64,000 nt of DNA from the human T2T-CHM13v2.0 reference genome, Homo sapiens: assembly GCF_009914755.1 (NCBI RefSeq), contig NC_060937.1, one strand, 5' to 3'. Of the stretch, positions 13,201-34,508 are shown one piece after another. A program made the translations under genes and the position numbers. A model generated the notes under the pieces. The model searched no databases and had not been told where the DNA came from. It saw nothing but the letters and a program-made list of their open reading frames with translations. Position 1 is the first letter of the stretch. Every line of letters begins with the position of its first letter.

Positions 13201-14240
13201 GCAAACCAAGTGCCGGACCACCAGCGCCGCCTTTCCATGGAGACTCGTAAGCAGCTTCATCTGACACGGGCATCCCTGGCTTGCTTTTAGCTACAAGCAA
13301 GCAGCGTGGCTGGAAGCTGATGGGAAACGACCCGGCACGGGCATCCTGTGTGCGGCCCGCATGGAGGGTTTGGAAAAGTTCACGGAGGCTCCCTGAGGAG
13401 CCTCTCAGATCGGCTGCTGCGGGTGCAGGGCGTGACTCACCGCTGGGTGCTTGCCAAAGAGATAGGGACGCATATGCTTTTTAAAGCAATCTAAAAATAA
13501 TAATAAGTATAGCGACTATATACCTACTTTTAAAATCAACTGTTTTGAATAGAGGCAGAGCTATTTTATATTATCAAATGAGAGCTACTCTGTTACATTT
13601 CTTAACATATAAACATCGTTTTTTACTTCTTCTGGTAGAATTTTTTAAAGCATAATTGGAATCCTTGGATAAATTTTGTAGCTGGTACACTCTGGCCTGG
13701 GTCTCTGAATTCAGCCTGTCACCGATGGCTGACTGATGAAATGGACACGTCTCATCTGACCCACTCTTCCTTCCACTGAAGGTCTTCACGGGCCTCCAGG
13801 TGGACCAAAGGGATGCACAGGCGGCTCGCATGCCCCAGGGCCAGCTAAGAGTTCCAAAGATCTCAGATTTGGTTTTAGTCATGAATACATAAACAGTCTC
13901 AAACTCGCACAATTTTTTCCCCCTTTTGAAAGCCACTGGGGCCAATTTGTGGTTAAGAGGTGGTGAGATAAGAAGTGGAACGTGACATCTTTGCCAGTTG
14001 TCAGAAGAATCCAAGCAGGTATTGGCTTAGTTGTAAGGGCTTTAGGATCAGGCTGAATATGAGGACAAAGTGGGCCACGTTAGCATCTGCAGAGATCAAT
14101 CTGGAGGCTTCTGTTTCTGCATTCTGCCACGAGAGCTAGGTCCTTGATCTTTTCTTTAGATTGAAAGTCTGTCTCTGAACACAATTATTTGTAAAAGTTA
14201 GTAGTTCTTTTTTAAATCATTAAAAGAGGCTTGCTGAAGG
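13098..14240 (+). other. IL17D: IL17D 3'UTR with ATTAAA polyadenylation signal at 14219-14224
   Basis: Repeat-free sequence after the stop; ATTAAA followed by a GT-rich element (tgtgtgtattt) about 30 nt downstream. The cleavage site is estimated. Confidence 0.75.
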
Positions 14241-14647
14241 ATACACTGGCTGTGTGTATTTATCTCAATTCTGCTTGATGGGCCAGACTAATTGTTAGAG
14301 GAAATCATATGTTACCTAAGGTCTTCACTTTATCTTGAGGTTTAAATTCATCGAGATTTGATTTGGTCTTAGAAAGATCAACTAGTCAGGTAAGGTCAAT
14401 GTCTTGGATCTTTTGTGACACCCCCAAGACCAGGAAATGTCCTTTATTCACATGCATTTCACTCCCAAATTTCAGCTACCACAGAAAGACCGACTGGCAG
14501 CCTTGGTCTGATCCAGATGAATGGGTCACTCAGAGACTTTCAGCTCCCACTAAAATGGACAGAAATTGTGCATGAAAAACACATCACTGAGCAAATCCAC
14601 ACTGTCCAAATAAAAAATTCAAAATGGAAAGCAGTAGCTATGAATAG

Positions 14648-15093
<446 letters not shown>

Positions 15094-15770
15094 AGAACTG
15101 CCTTTTAAAGCAGCAACTTAGGTGTGTTTTCCGTCATCGCTGCTGTTGTGTAACACTTTCCAGGTCACTCCTCAAATATAAACAGTGCAAGCGTTGGAGG
15201 AAGGGCACACAAGGAGAGGAAACTATCTGCATGGGGAAAATGTCATGATTTTATTCACTGCATTAATTATTAGTTTAACCTCAGCTTGCTAAAAGGTAGC
15301 ACATTCCTAACAGAAGAAATGAGCTTTCCATTTGAAGATCGAGAAAGGCAGCCTGTGTTTTTTCTCTGTACCGTACATTCATCCGCTTAGTGACTATCTA
15401 CTGGGCACCTGCCTGGTTCTAGTCACCCAGCTCCTGCAAGGCGGCAGTAAGCGAGACAGCCTCCCTCCTCCACTAAAATGATGAAATGGCAAAGCTGCTC
15501 AAGCGCCTCGCACCTGAGTGCCGCTCTATGAACCTGCTCCCTTCACCTCACTAAGCTTCATTTTCCTTCCGTGTGAAATGAGGTCACAGCGCCCACCCTG
15601 TGAGGATTCAACACTGTTGGTAAAGTGCCTGGCACAGTGCCTGGCACACATGAACACGTGTGGACAGGGACACATCATTGCACTGCAGTCATTCATAAGC
15701 CACATTGAAAATAAACATCAAGCTAAGCCTTCTGCATTTTAAACTTATCTTTTATACCAAAAAAAAGTCA

Positions 15771-16475
<705 letters not shown>

Positions 16476-18066
16476 CTGACAAGTAAAATAATAAACAAAT
16501 AAAACAAAATCTAGAACTTTAACTGGGCAGCAGCATTTAAATACAGTATGTTGAAATTAGAGGTGGTGGCTAAGCTTGGGAAGGTACTGTTTCAATGAAT
16601 AACAAGATCTTCTTGGGACAAAATTTTTTTCTCTTGCTAAAACTGAAGGGTTTTTTTTGGTGGGGGGGGGGGTGTTGCAGAGATGGGAGGTTGGTATTGT
16701 GTTTTATCAAACAAATAAGGAGGTTTACTGGCTAGATAAACTGTGCCAGCCAAAGTTCAGTGACATCTCCCTCCCTGCTCCCAGATCCACTTGGTTTATT
16801 TCACACATTTCCCTCCATGCCTTTCATTCCCAGGATTTGTGGAGGGGCAACACATGATATTGTACATTTCAGAGCTTCTTCCCCTCCTCCCAGAAAAGTG
16901 CATGTTTCCTTCACATGAATTCTACCTGGAGGATTCTGTGGCAACCTTTGGAATGGAGGTGCTTTGCTGGTTACTGAAGATCGTTTCCAACTGACAGTAT
17001 TTCAATTATATACTTGTTCTACAAAAATGGAATCATTTGGGAACAGAAATCCAAAAACACTCTGCAAATACCAACAGTTCCACAGTCAGGGGCCAGTTAT
17101 CTCATTATGTCTTACCGCATCTCTTCCAGCAGGGCAAAGGGGGGAAATGGTCATTTTTAGTAACTGGTGCCAGCTCTGATTTTAGGAAGGAATGAAAGGA
17201 GAAAGAGTACAGAACCCCCATCTGAAATGGGGTCTTAAAGTTCCCCCTGCCTTTCATCTCTTCTTGCTGTTCAGGCCCTCCTCACCCCAGACACGCATCT
17301 GAAGAGTTTCTGAGAAGTGCTGGAATTTTGTTAGCAAAACAGAAATTACTCTTCTACCCCTTCCCACTAATCAGGAGGGACTTAAAAAGACGTGGATTAA
17401 AACATTCCTTTTAACCTCTGCAGTGCTTTACTAAGGTACAGGAGGTGAGGGAGCCTTGGGGGTTCCAGACGGCATGACTGACCGTGGGTATCACCCAGCC
17501 CCGACGCCTCCCACCTCATTAACTGCCCAAAGGAATATACCAGACCTAGTGTGTTTTTTAAAATATAAGGCTGCAGAGGTATAGATGGCCTTTTATGAAA
17601 CCTAGAAGTGGATCATATATGAACACAGGTTTGCTAAAATCAAAATCACACCAGGGTCCAAAGCCATGAAACACGTTGGCTGCTTATTAAACAAAAAATG
17701 CCTTCACCTCATTGCATAAGCCTCCTAACTTACAATGTTTGTACATTTTTTGAGAGGAATCCAACTTTGTCCCTTCTCTCCCTCACCTCCTGTGAAAAAA
17801 TAAGGTTTCTCTTTAACTAACCGCTGGATTCATAGGACAACTACAAGTCTGTCATTTCTAGACTACCACTCTCCCACAGGTCCTAAGTCAAACATGGCAT
17901 TTCTGTACATAATTTGTTACTACAATGTAACAAATTACATACAGAGCAAACCACATATGGAAATAATAAGGTAGGGGTTATTTTTTAAAGAACACTTATT
18001 GAAAACTTAACAAAGGCCAGGTGCTTGTACACTGATAAAAATACCAATGTCTCATAAAAAGAGTGA

Positions 18067-18964
<898 letters not shown>

Positions 18965-19029
18965 CCTTTCACATTTTGTTGGCCAAAGCAAGTCTTATGA
19001 GGTGGGGAAGTATAATCCTTTCCTAGAAG

Positions 19030-19545
19030 GAGGACATTAATTTTTTGGAAAGTTTTTATTTCAAAATGATTGTAGATTCCCAGGAAATTGCAAAAATATA
19101 CTGAGAGGTCTTATGCCCTACACCCAGTTTATCTAATGGTAACATCTTACATAATTATAGTGCAGTGTCACAATCAGAAAATGGACACTGGCTCAACCCA
19201 CAGATCCCATTCCAAGTTCACCAGTTTCACGCGAGCTCATCTCTGTGTGTGTGTGGTTCTATGCAATGCTGCCACATGCAGATTCATGAAGCCACCACCA
19301 CAGACAAGATAAAGAACAAGCTACCACCAAGGAGAACTCCCCTTTGTGGCCTGCCCATCCCCTTCGCCCCATCCTGATGCTCCCCCTGCACCCACGAATC
19401 TCTCCTCCCTGGGACTGTCATACCTAGAAACATCCAGTGTGTGACCTCTGCGGAGCGGCTTTTTCACTCAGCGTGATGCCCTCGAGACCCAGCCATGCTG
19501 TGTGTTCACTTCTGATTGTTGAGACATCCTCTGGGGTATGTACAG
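19030..19545 (-). mobile_element. L1MC-like 3' end relic
   Basis: tgtagattcccaggaaattgcaaaaatatactgagaggtc...ggtaacatcttacataattatagtgc. Confidence 0.6.
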
Positions 19546-20088
19546 AGGAATATTTTCTGAACGGTGAGAATCTAGCACACTCGTCCCAGCTCCATTTTTT
19601 GGTCCTGGTGTTTGGTTTACAGATGGGTCTTTCATTTTCTCAGGCAGTTCAGAGGGAGGGTGCTGAGTCTGAGCCACGCAGGGAGGGCACCTGGGCACCT
19701 GTCATCCCTCGCAGCCCACCTAGAACCTGGAGGAGGAGGAGAGCTCTAAGAGGCATTCAGACGCTAGTTACTGGATTATTGCCTTTTTGCATGGAGGCAA
19801 GTCTGTCTCCTTGGAGGGCTGGGGTGGGACATGGGGGTGGGGTTCCTCACAAGCCCTAGGATGCTACCAGACTGCTCTGGCCCGAGGCAGAGGCCAAGGT
19901 CCTGTCTCATTCAGGAGCCCTTGGGCAAGCCACACAACTGTTCTTCTGTTTTTACACATGTTAAATGAGGAGAGAAGATCAGGCAGATTCTAAGGTTTCT
20001 TCCAACTCGAATTCCATGGATTCAGGTTGGCAGAAGACTGAGCTCTAGGGACGCCCTCCCTAAGGAAACAATAATGAAGATCGCACAC

Positions 20089-20094
20089 TTTATT
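20089..20094 (-). terminator. EEF1AKMT1: EEF1AKMT1 polyadenylation signal AATAAA (short 3'UTR, about 150 nt)
   Basis: tttatt on the + strand, 130 nt past the stop codon. Confidence 0.75.
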
Positions 20095-20223
20095 TTGAAA
20101 ACCAGGCCAGGGACAGCTCCAGTTTGGGGGGAGGGGAAGAGATTATAACTTTTAAATCTACTACGAAAATACAAAAAGAGGAATGTGACAGGGTTCCTTC
20201 CTGTGTTATGTCACCGTCTGTAA

Positions 20224-20360
20224 TCAGATCCCACAGTCCAGCCCAGAATCATAATTCACATAACAGCGAAACTCATTTGCCAAGTTCCGGGTGTGTCTTG
20301 GAACAAACGTGCACATCTTCACTCCAAGGAGTTCTGCTGCCTGTTCTTCCATGATGGCAC
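20224..20360 (-). CDS. EEF1AKMT1: EEF1AKMT1 last coding exon
   Basis: ttctcttcag|(G)[47 protein letters not shown] at 20226-20224. The four exons sum to 645 nt in frame. Confidence 0.95.
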
Positions 20361-20630
20361 CTGAAGAGAACAAAGCAAATGAATCCAGAGAGTGACAACC
20401 CAGCCGGAGCTCAGTGCGTCCTGAGCTGTGAGAGGGGCTCTAGGCGGACCACCGGTGGCAATTAGTTGACAATTCACAAGTGGGGGGAGGGAGCGAGTGT
20501 TCTTTACATTCCCTTTCACCTTCTCCAATATTTTTGCAATTTACCAACTTTTTTCCATGTCTTTTTTATTGAATGAATTATTTTCCTACCTCTGCAAAGC
20601 CGAGACACTTAGAAATTTAGAAGCAGATTA

Positions 20631-20677
20631 TACACACACACACACACACACACGTACTATATATATATACACACATA
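20631..20677. repeat. Compound (CA)n/(TA)n microsatellite
   Basis: Directly visible. Confidence 0.9.
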
Positions 20678-21761
20678 TGGAAAGCAAAAATAATTACTAA
20701 AAACTACATTTCCCAACGTTGAGCCAAGAGCCTTTTTCAGTAATATCCAATCTTGCAAACACAGGTGCGAATGTATTGCCACTCCCTTTTGCCATCTGCT
20801 CCCAATTTCTCCCCGCCCTGGGCCCACAGCGCACAGCCAGCTCCCCTGCGACATCCCCACAGGAGGTGGCATCCACAGCCCTGATTCCTCTCCTCTCTTC
20901 CCCTCCACACTCAAATACAGCAAGCTCTCTCAACTTCATCTTCAAAGTATCTCTTTGACGCCCCTGCCCTGCCCTCCTTGCAGGCCACCGCCCTCCCTGG
21001 GGTGCAGCAACAGCCCGCGGTGCCCAGGTCCACGTGCCCCAAAACCTCGGTCAAGTTAAAGCGAACGTCTTACGTCTTCAGACAAGTTGCGTCCCGTCGC
21101 CTTGGGCTTCTGAAGAAAACCCCAATGCCCACGGTCCCCTGTTAGGCACTGGGGGCCTCCTGCCCCGACTCTGCCCTCCCGGGCCGCTGTGGCCGTGGCT
21201 CCTGACTCCTCAGGTCCCTGGGGCAAAGTGCAGATCCCTGGGTCTCTGTTACTCTTCTCAGAGTTAGTGCTTCCAGCCTTTAGTCTATTTTATTATTATT
21301 TTTTAAAAGTATCCCCTGAAACTAAAATGCACACTCCATGAGGCCAGAGCGCTGCCTGCTGGTGCACAGAGCACTGCAGAGAGCTCAAGGAAGCAACGGA
21401 GTGAATAAGCGTGCAGGCAACCACGGCATCTGTGCGAACAGAGCGCCCCTTCCCACACACGCAGCTCTGCAACACCAGAACAGCTTCCCGTGGCTCCACT
21501 CCTGGCCCAGCCCTGTTCCCAGCAGGGTGCCCAGGGGACAAGCGCGGCCCGGAGGGACTGGGGTATAGCGTCCACAACAGCACTCAAGGGTGTGGACACC
21601 ACAGGTACCCAGAAATAAAGAGACGGGTCAGTTGGTAAGGTTTCAGTTCTCAGAATTTTTTTTTCTTTGAGACAGTCTTGCTCCCTGCCCAGGCTGAAGT
21701 GCAGTGGCACCATCAGAGCTCACTGTAGTCTCGACCTTCAGAGATCAAGCAATCATCCCAC

Positions 21762-22272
21762 TGAGAGGTGAAGCCAGCTGGACTTCCTGGGTCTAGTGGG
21801 GACTTGGAGAACTTTTCTGTCTAGCTAGAGGATTGTAAACACACCAATCAGCACTCTGTAAAATGGACCAATCAGCACTCTCTGTAAAATGGACCAATCA
21901 GCACTCTGTAGAATGGATCAATAAGCAGGACGTGGGCAGGGACAAACGAGGGAATAAAAGCTGGCCACCCCGCAGCCAGCAGCGCAACCAGGTGTTGTCC
22001 TCTTCCATGGTGTGGAAGGTTTGTTTTTCGCTCTTCATAATAAAGCTTGCTGTTGCTCACTCTTTGGGTCCACACCAACTTTAAGGTCTGTAACACATAC
22101 CACAAGGGTCTGCCGCTTCTTTCCTGAAGTCAGCGAGACCACGAACCCACCAGGAAGAAGAAACAATTCCAGAGGTGCCGCCTTTAAGAGCTGTAACACC
22201 ACGAGGTCTGTGGCTTCATTCTTCAAGTCAGTGAGACCAAGAACCGATCAGAAGGAAGAAACTGCAGACACA
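21762..22272 (+). mobile_element. LTR12F-like solo LTR inserted into an AluJ
   Basis: Starts TGAGAGGTGAAGCCAGCTGG, has ccaatcagcactct repeats, ends GACACA. TSD ccac at 21758-21761 and 22273-22276. Alu halves on both sides. Confidence 0.9.
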
Positions 22273-22624
22273 CCACCTCCATCTCCCAAATGGCGGGGAG
22301 GCCCATGCAACCACACCTGGCTAATGTTTAAAATTTTTGTAGAGATGGAGTCTTGCTGTGTTGCCCAGCCTGGTCTAGAACTCCTTGCCTCAAGTAATCC
22401 TCCCACCTTGAAGTTCTCAGATTTACTCTATTGAATTTTACCATATCTGCCTTAAGTGTATCAAACCCAGCTTGGTGGCACACACCTGTAAGTTCCAGCT
22501 ACTTGGGAGGCTGAGGTGGGAGGACGGCTTAGCCCAATGGTTTGAGGTTACAGAGAGAAAAAAAGTATAACGATCTCGCCAGTAAGAAAACTCTTCTACA
22601 TTAACCCAATCTAATGTCTACTCT

Positions 22625-22925
22625 GTAACCTCAGGCAATTCACTTAAACTCTATAGATTCCAAATTTCTCTTTGATAAAGGGTAGAGGCTGGATAAGATA
22701 CCGATAGTATTGATGATGGTATGTAAAAGTAACAGCTGACATTCATCAAGTAGTCACCATGCACCAGACCCAGTGTTGGGTACTTTGTGTCACTTAATTC
22801 TTTAGGACCCTTAATGGCAGAGTATTATCAGTCCTAGTTTACAGATAAGGAATCCAGGGCACAAAGAGTTAAATAACTTGTTCACAAGTCACACAGGAAG
22901 TGGTGGACTCAGGATTTTTTCTTGA
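22625..22925. mobile_element. MIR relics (others at about 5590-5660, 15530-15650 and 25505-25710)
   Basis: MIR core motifs such as tttacagataaggaatccagggcacaaagagttaaataacttgttcacaagtcacacag. Confidence 0.6.
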
Positions 22926-22986
22926 CCCTGAAGACCTGAATAGCCACTGTCAGTGACTTTGATGAGATATGAAATGCAGCACCTAC

Positions 22987-23267
22987 CTGTGCACAGCAGA
23001 ATCTTGCCCCGCGTCAGGTACTTGACGGTTTCCGATGTTTTTCTGAGACATTCCTCCGAAAGATAGGGAGGATCTGCTATTACGATGTCAAAACTATGTG
23101 CAGCAATTCTTTCGGGTAAGTCCAATGGATTATTGTAATCATAGAAAATAAACTCCTCTCCATACATGGCAAATCTTTTGTCATATTCAAAGATGTATAT
23201 CGAAAAGTTTTCTCTGCACAGCTCTCTGAGTTTCTGGTAAACACTAGGGGCACTCACACATGCGATT
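22987..23267 (-). CDS. EEF1AKMT1: EEF1AKMT1 third coding exon (281 nt) with the DPPY motif
   Basis: ttttgtctcctag|(R)[13 protein letters not shown]...FEYDKRF...[35 protein letters not shown]+G|gtaggt. DPPY at 23074-23063. Confidence 0.96.
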
Positions 23268-23477
23268 CTAGGAGACAAAATGAACACACCATGAAACATC
23301 CTTAACAGAGAGATTACGGTGTTAACAACTTCTTCACTAAACAATACATGGGTCCGAGTGCTCAGAGTTTCTTACAGGAAACAATAATGCAAACTAGTGT
23401 AATAGTTAATGTTGAGAAAAAACTTTATAGTGTCTCACTTTTAAGGAATCTGGTACTTAAAAGTCTGTAACTTATAA

Positions 23478-24660
<1,183 letters not shown>

Positions 24661-25720
24661 GGTATGCCTATTACAATGGAAAGTTCTGTGGCCATTTAAA
24701 AAAGGCTGAAGCAGCCCTCTCTATGCTGATAAGGAATGATCTCTGAGATCTATTCAAGGAACAGAACAGTGTGAAGTATGCTTTCATGGGAGTGGGAATA
24801 TATGCATATAGATGTACAGGTGACCTCTAGAAGGTGTCCAAGAGACAGTGACCATGACTGCCTCATGGGAGAGTGCCTGGGGGACCTGGATACAATAGAG
24901 AAGAGAGTGACCTTTTCTCACAATTCCTTTGTCACGTTTGGATTTTTATATGTGCATACACTGTCATTCAAAAAAGGACCTAATTTAAAAATTACGCTCA
25001 GCTTTAAAAATGTGTGACGCATTTCCAACAGAGACAGTGTTACCCGTCTTACTTAGGTACCCATGCCGGGCTAAGCAGGCTTCTCAGCCCAAAGACACTG
25101 CAACAGATAATAGAACCCGTGACATCGCATAATGTTTCTTTGGAAACATGTGTTTCCCTGCTGGCAGGACACAACTCTCCCTGCACAGCAGCTCTAGATC
25201 AGGGCGGTAGGAGGGGGAAAAGAAGCTGGAGTACAGTGGGATTATAGCCTCACTGTGCTGACAGAGAATGAACTGCAACCAAAGATTATATATGCACACT
25301 ATGAAAACATCTTCCGATAAAAAAGGTGAAATAAAGATATTTTCAGACAACAAAATTGCCTCCAGCAGGCATTCCCTGAGAAATCCACCTGAAGGATGTA
25401 CTTCAGGTAGGACAGTGGTCCAGGATGCAAGAAGGGATGGGAGCAGAAAGACCGGTGGGTCTGGTGGGGATGGTGGTGGTTACCAGGCAGCAGTGGGATC
25501 AGAGAACCTGTGTTGAAAGCCTAGCTTTGCCACTTCCCACTGGGTGACCTTCTGCAAGTGGCTGAACTTCTGGTCTCAGTGTCTGTCTTTAAACTAGAGC
25601 GTGTAAGAGGAACTATTGCACAGAGATACGAGGATAGAATGAGATGACCCTGACAACGCACTTACAACAGGAGAGGGCACACAGTAAGCACTCAATAAAT
25701 GCGGTTCTCATTCATCTTTA

Positions 25721-25863
25721 TTTTATTATTTATTTATTTATTTATTTATTTGAGACGGAGTCTCGCGCTCACGCTCAGGCTGGAGTGCGGTGGCGGGATC
25801 TTGGCTCACTACAAGCTCCGCCTCCCGGGTTCACGCCATTCTCCTGCCTCAGCCTCCCGAGTA
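25721..25863 (-). mobile_element. 5'-truncated AluY right arm
   Basis: (TTTA)n tail; TSD tcatcttta at 25712-25720 and 25864-25872. Confidence 0.88.
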
Positions 25864-26064
25864 TCATCTTTAAATGATGACTTAGTTCCTATGAATACTG
25901 AAGTTGACTTTCAAAGGAGGTTAAAAGTTGCTTCCAAGGCCCTCATATTAGTGGCAAAAAAGAAAGTATATCTAAAAGCAGTGTCACTAAGAAAAACCTA
26001 CTAAACCACTACATATAATCAAAAAAAGAAAAAGAACAGTTAAAAGAAAAATGGAAGATTTCCC

Positions 26065-27560
26065 ACTAAAGATGGCAGATTGAACACATTCATTTACATT
26101 TGCTCCCTCATGAAAGCCCACTAAAAACAAGAGTGCAATTTCATGTTGTCTTATTTAGGAATACAAGAGCAAAAACCAAAGGGCATGTCAGCGGAGACTA
26201 AGGAAATCACACTGAGCAAGCGGAACAGCAGATGGGTGGGTAGTGGGGCTCGGCAGACCTGCAATGGCCGAATCCTACACTGGCAGTTGGAAAGCTGAGA
26301 AGCGCCCTGGTTCACGTGGTGGCATACCCGAGGGCTCAGGATGCGACAGAACCCGGTAACTCAAGAAGCAGAGGTGAAGGTGGGGCCAAAACTGGGAGGT
26401 TTTACTGAAAGGCCTATTTTAAGAAGCAATTCATTCTCAGGATTCTCTGCTATATCCCAAAGCCTGCCCCCCCACCATGACTGTGGCAGAAAACTGGAGG
26501 AGTGTTGTCTGGATGGGGGGGATGCTTGGAAGGAAGATGCCAGGCACAGCGGTTGATGATGTACCATGTGGAAATTAGGAGGATTAAGTTAAACGCATTG
26601 GATGATGAAACTTCCAGGCTTTCAGTCACATGCCTCCAAGGATGATGCCCACTAGATGTATAACTTCCAGTCAGGAATTAGGAGAATCTTCCCTGGACCA
26701 CTGACAAAACTACAAGAAAAGTCTTAGACACGGGGGTTCCCTAGGAGAACGGCTCATTCAGATGCTCCAACTGTAGAGATCAAAGCAGATGAGGCTCCCA
26801 GTTTTCGAGTGCCCCACCCTTCAATGTCCACAGACATTTAAGGAACATAGATTAGATAAATATATCATATGAAATTAACAAACAGAAAAAGCATTTTGGA
26901 GTAAATAGAGACTATGGAGGGAGAAGAGAACTTTAAAAAATTCTATAATATCCTCAAAAGGATGAACAAGACACAATAATAAAGAAATACTCAAAGACCA
27001 AAAAAAGAGCTGCAGACAATTCCAAGCATGGAAGCAGATATGGTAAACTCAGTAGAAAGTTTAGAAGATAAAGTGGAGGAATTCTCCCAGAAAGTAGACA
27101 ATGAATAGAAAAAGAAGAAAATTAGAAGATCAGGTCCAATATTCAAAGAATAGAAGTTCCAAAAATAGGAACAGAAAAAAAAAGTGGGGAAAGAAATAAT
27201 TTAAGATAATTTTCTTAAACTGAAGGACATGTGTGTTGAGGATGAATGGGCCCTCTAGGACCCAGGACAATAGATAAAAACTCCACAGCGAGGCACATTG
27301 AATACCGGGGATTAAGAGAAAATCCTAAGCTTGCTGTGGGCATGGTTAGAAAAAAGCAAGTTTCCTATAAGAAATCAGAATGATACTGGATTTGTCAGCA
27401 GCATGTATGGAAGTTTGGAGACAATGGAGCAACGCCTTCAAAACCTGGAATGTGCTGTCCAACAAAACCATCACAATCAAGAGGAAGGGTAGGAAAAAAG
27501 CATTTTCAAACACGAAAGGTTCTAAAAACTTCCCTCCTACGTGCCTTTTCTGTAGCAGCT
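26065..27560 (+). mobile_element. Ancient L1M/HAL1-like 5'/ORF1 relic
   Basis: Starts aagatggcagattgaacac; A-rich ORF1-like sequence (agacaatggagcaacgccttcaaa). Confidence 0.5.
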
Positions 27561-27873
27561 ATCGGAGGAGGTATGCCACCATGGTAAGGCTGTAAACTAA
27601 GGATCGGAGTACAGGAAATAGGGAATCTAGAACAAAAGACAGGTATAAGGACTCCAGCATGATGATGAAGGGCGATACCAAGAAAAGAGGTGTCGTAAAA
27701 CCAGCGCAAGACCATGCACACTGGGACAGGTTGCAGAGCCCTGGGAATAGGGTTTTTTTTAAAAAGAAGTTGAAATATGTTTGAACTTACTGATAGGATA
27801 TTTAGACAAGAGAGTTTGGGGGTTAATCAGGGATACGGATATAGAATACATTAAGCCTTTTAGAACCATTTGA

Positions 27874-28530
<657 letters not shown>

Positions 28531-28864
28531 ATATATACATATCAAATTAACAAAAAAGAAAATCTATATTCTTAAAACTTCAAAAAGGTAAGATATTCTC
28601 TTTTGAACTGAGCTCTATAACTATAAAGATAAGAAACAGGTTAGAAAATGTTAAAAGGAAGAGATAAGACATTCCACAATGAATAGGTTTCTGAGTGAGT
28701 CTCTAAACTCAGTGTTGAAGCTGGTCTTAATCTGTCATATGCTGCAAACCATGATCTACAATATTTACAGATTATAGTTCAGACTTCTTACAAACCATCT
28801 GTCATCCAGGAAAGACATTCAAAATATTACATTAGATGCCAAAAAGAGAAAATTTGAATCTCAC

Positions 28865-28947
28865 CTGCCACCTTCTCCTACAGCTGCAATTGCCTCCTGT
28901 GCCAGCTGCAGAGCAGTTTCCTGACTATACCAAAACTGGCTCAGTTG
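28865..28947 (-). CDS. EEF1AKMT1: EEF1AKMT1 second coding exon (83 nt)
   Basis: Read by hand (too short for the ORF track): ttctcggttacag|QLSQFWYSQETALQLAQEAIAAVGEGG+AG|gtgaga. Phase fits the neighbouring exons. Confidence 0.95.
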
Positions 28948-28993
28948 CTGTAACCGAGAAATAGGTTGATAGCATTTTAGAACTGGCATAAGC

Positions 28994-29083
28994 TTTGTTC
29001 TTTTAATTTATATATAATCTATACCAGTGGACAGATATTTTGTTCTTTTAATTTATATATAATCTATACCAGTGGACAGATAT
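28994..29083. repeat. Perfect 45-bp tandem duplication
   Basis: tttgttcttttaatttatatataatctataccagtggacagatat at 28994-29038 and 29039-29083. Confidence 0.97.
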
Positions 29084-29719
29084 TTTTAAAAAGTTTTTCT
29101 TTTGAAAATTAATTTTTCTTCGAAATTACTTTAAATTAATACAAGCCCCTAATGAATTAATGAAATCTAGGCACTGAGTATCAACGGCTATTACCACCAC
29201 AAAAGGAGACAACCAATGTTTTTCCCGATAGAACATACCCCTACCTTTGTGTGAGTTTTGCCAAAAAAATAAAATAGACCTTGAATCTGATTAAGCTTCT
29301 AGGTTCAACCAGCAATGAAGAGAATTACAAACACAGAGGATGGAAGAATGAGTTCACTAACACCAGAGGATGCAATCAGCAAAATCCAGACTGTGCTCCT
29401 TGCCCACAGCCTCATCTTACCTTATGCATGTTTCCTCAATTACTTGTTTTTCCCTTGGGGGCAAGTTTGTTTTTCATCTTGCTCCTTCTGCTTCATGCTG
29501 ATTGGTGATTTTTAAAAAATTTCTAGTGATCTTTATCTATTCATAGTTATAAATTAAGCAGGAGTTTAATGGAAGAAGTAGCATGGTTTTCCTCTGCAAT
29601 CCTACAAACCTATTTCTCCAACAGGCCTCTCTTCCCTGAATGGCAGGCTCGGGGCAGCCAGTTGCATGGGGCATGCCAACTGGGGGGTTCTCTGCTTTAA
29701 AAATCTGCCCTGTGTGGAA

Positions 29720-32048
<2,329 letters not shown>

Positions 32049-32341
32049 TCAGAGTATGGAGGACTTTTGTGTACTTCCTTCCTGAATGGAGCTGCCTTTT
32101 TCCTTCTTTCTATGCTATGGTGGAGCTCTGGAGTTATCTTAGATTCTATTCTGTGTCTCTTTCTGGCTTTCCTACCCAAATTAGGGCATCCCAAAGCAGA
32201 TTCTCCAGTTTGTTTAGTGAAAAATCCTCAGAGATTCAGCCTGGAGGTGAGTACCTCGGATTCTATGTATGCCTTCTGGATATGATCAGAAGAAGGGGAA
32301 GAGACCAACTGGCCCAAAGATGCCAGCAGGCCATCCTTTAA

Positions 32342-34508
<2,167 letters not shown>

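Noticed and set aside
12756-13300. Antisense (160, 111, 77 aa) and alternative-frame (117 aa) ORFs over the IL17D exon
   Set aside because: Expected in very GC-rich coding DNA with few stop codons; no recognisable domain or splice structure.
22889-23344. 151-aa ORF as a standalone methyltransferase gene
   Set aside because: It is one EEF1AKMT1 exon (22987-23267) extended into introns on both sides.
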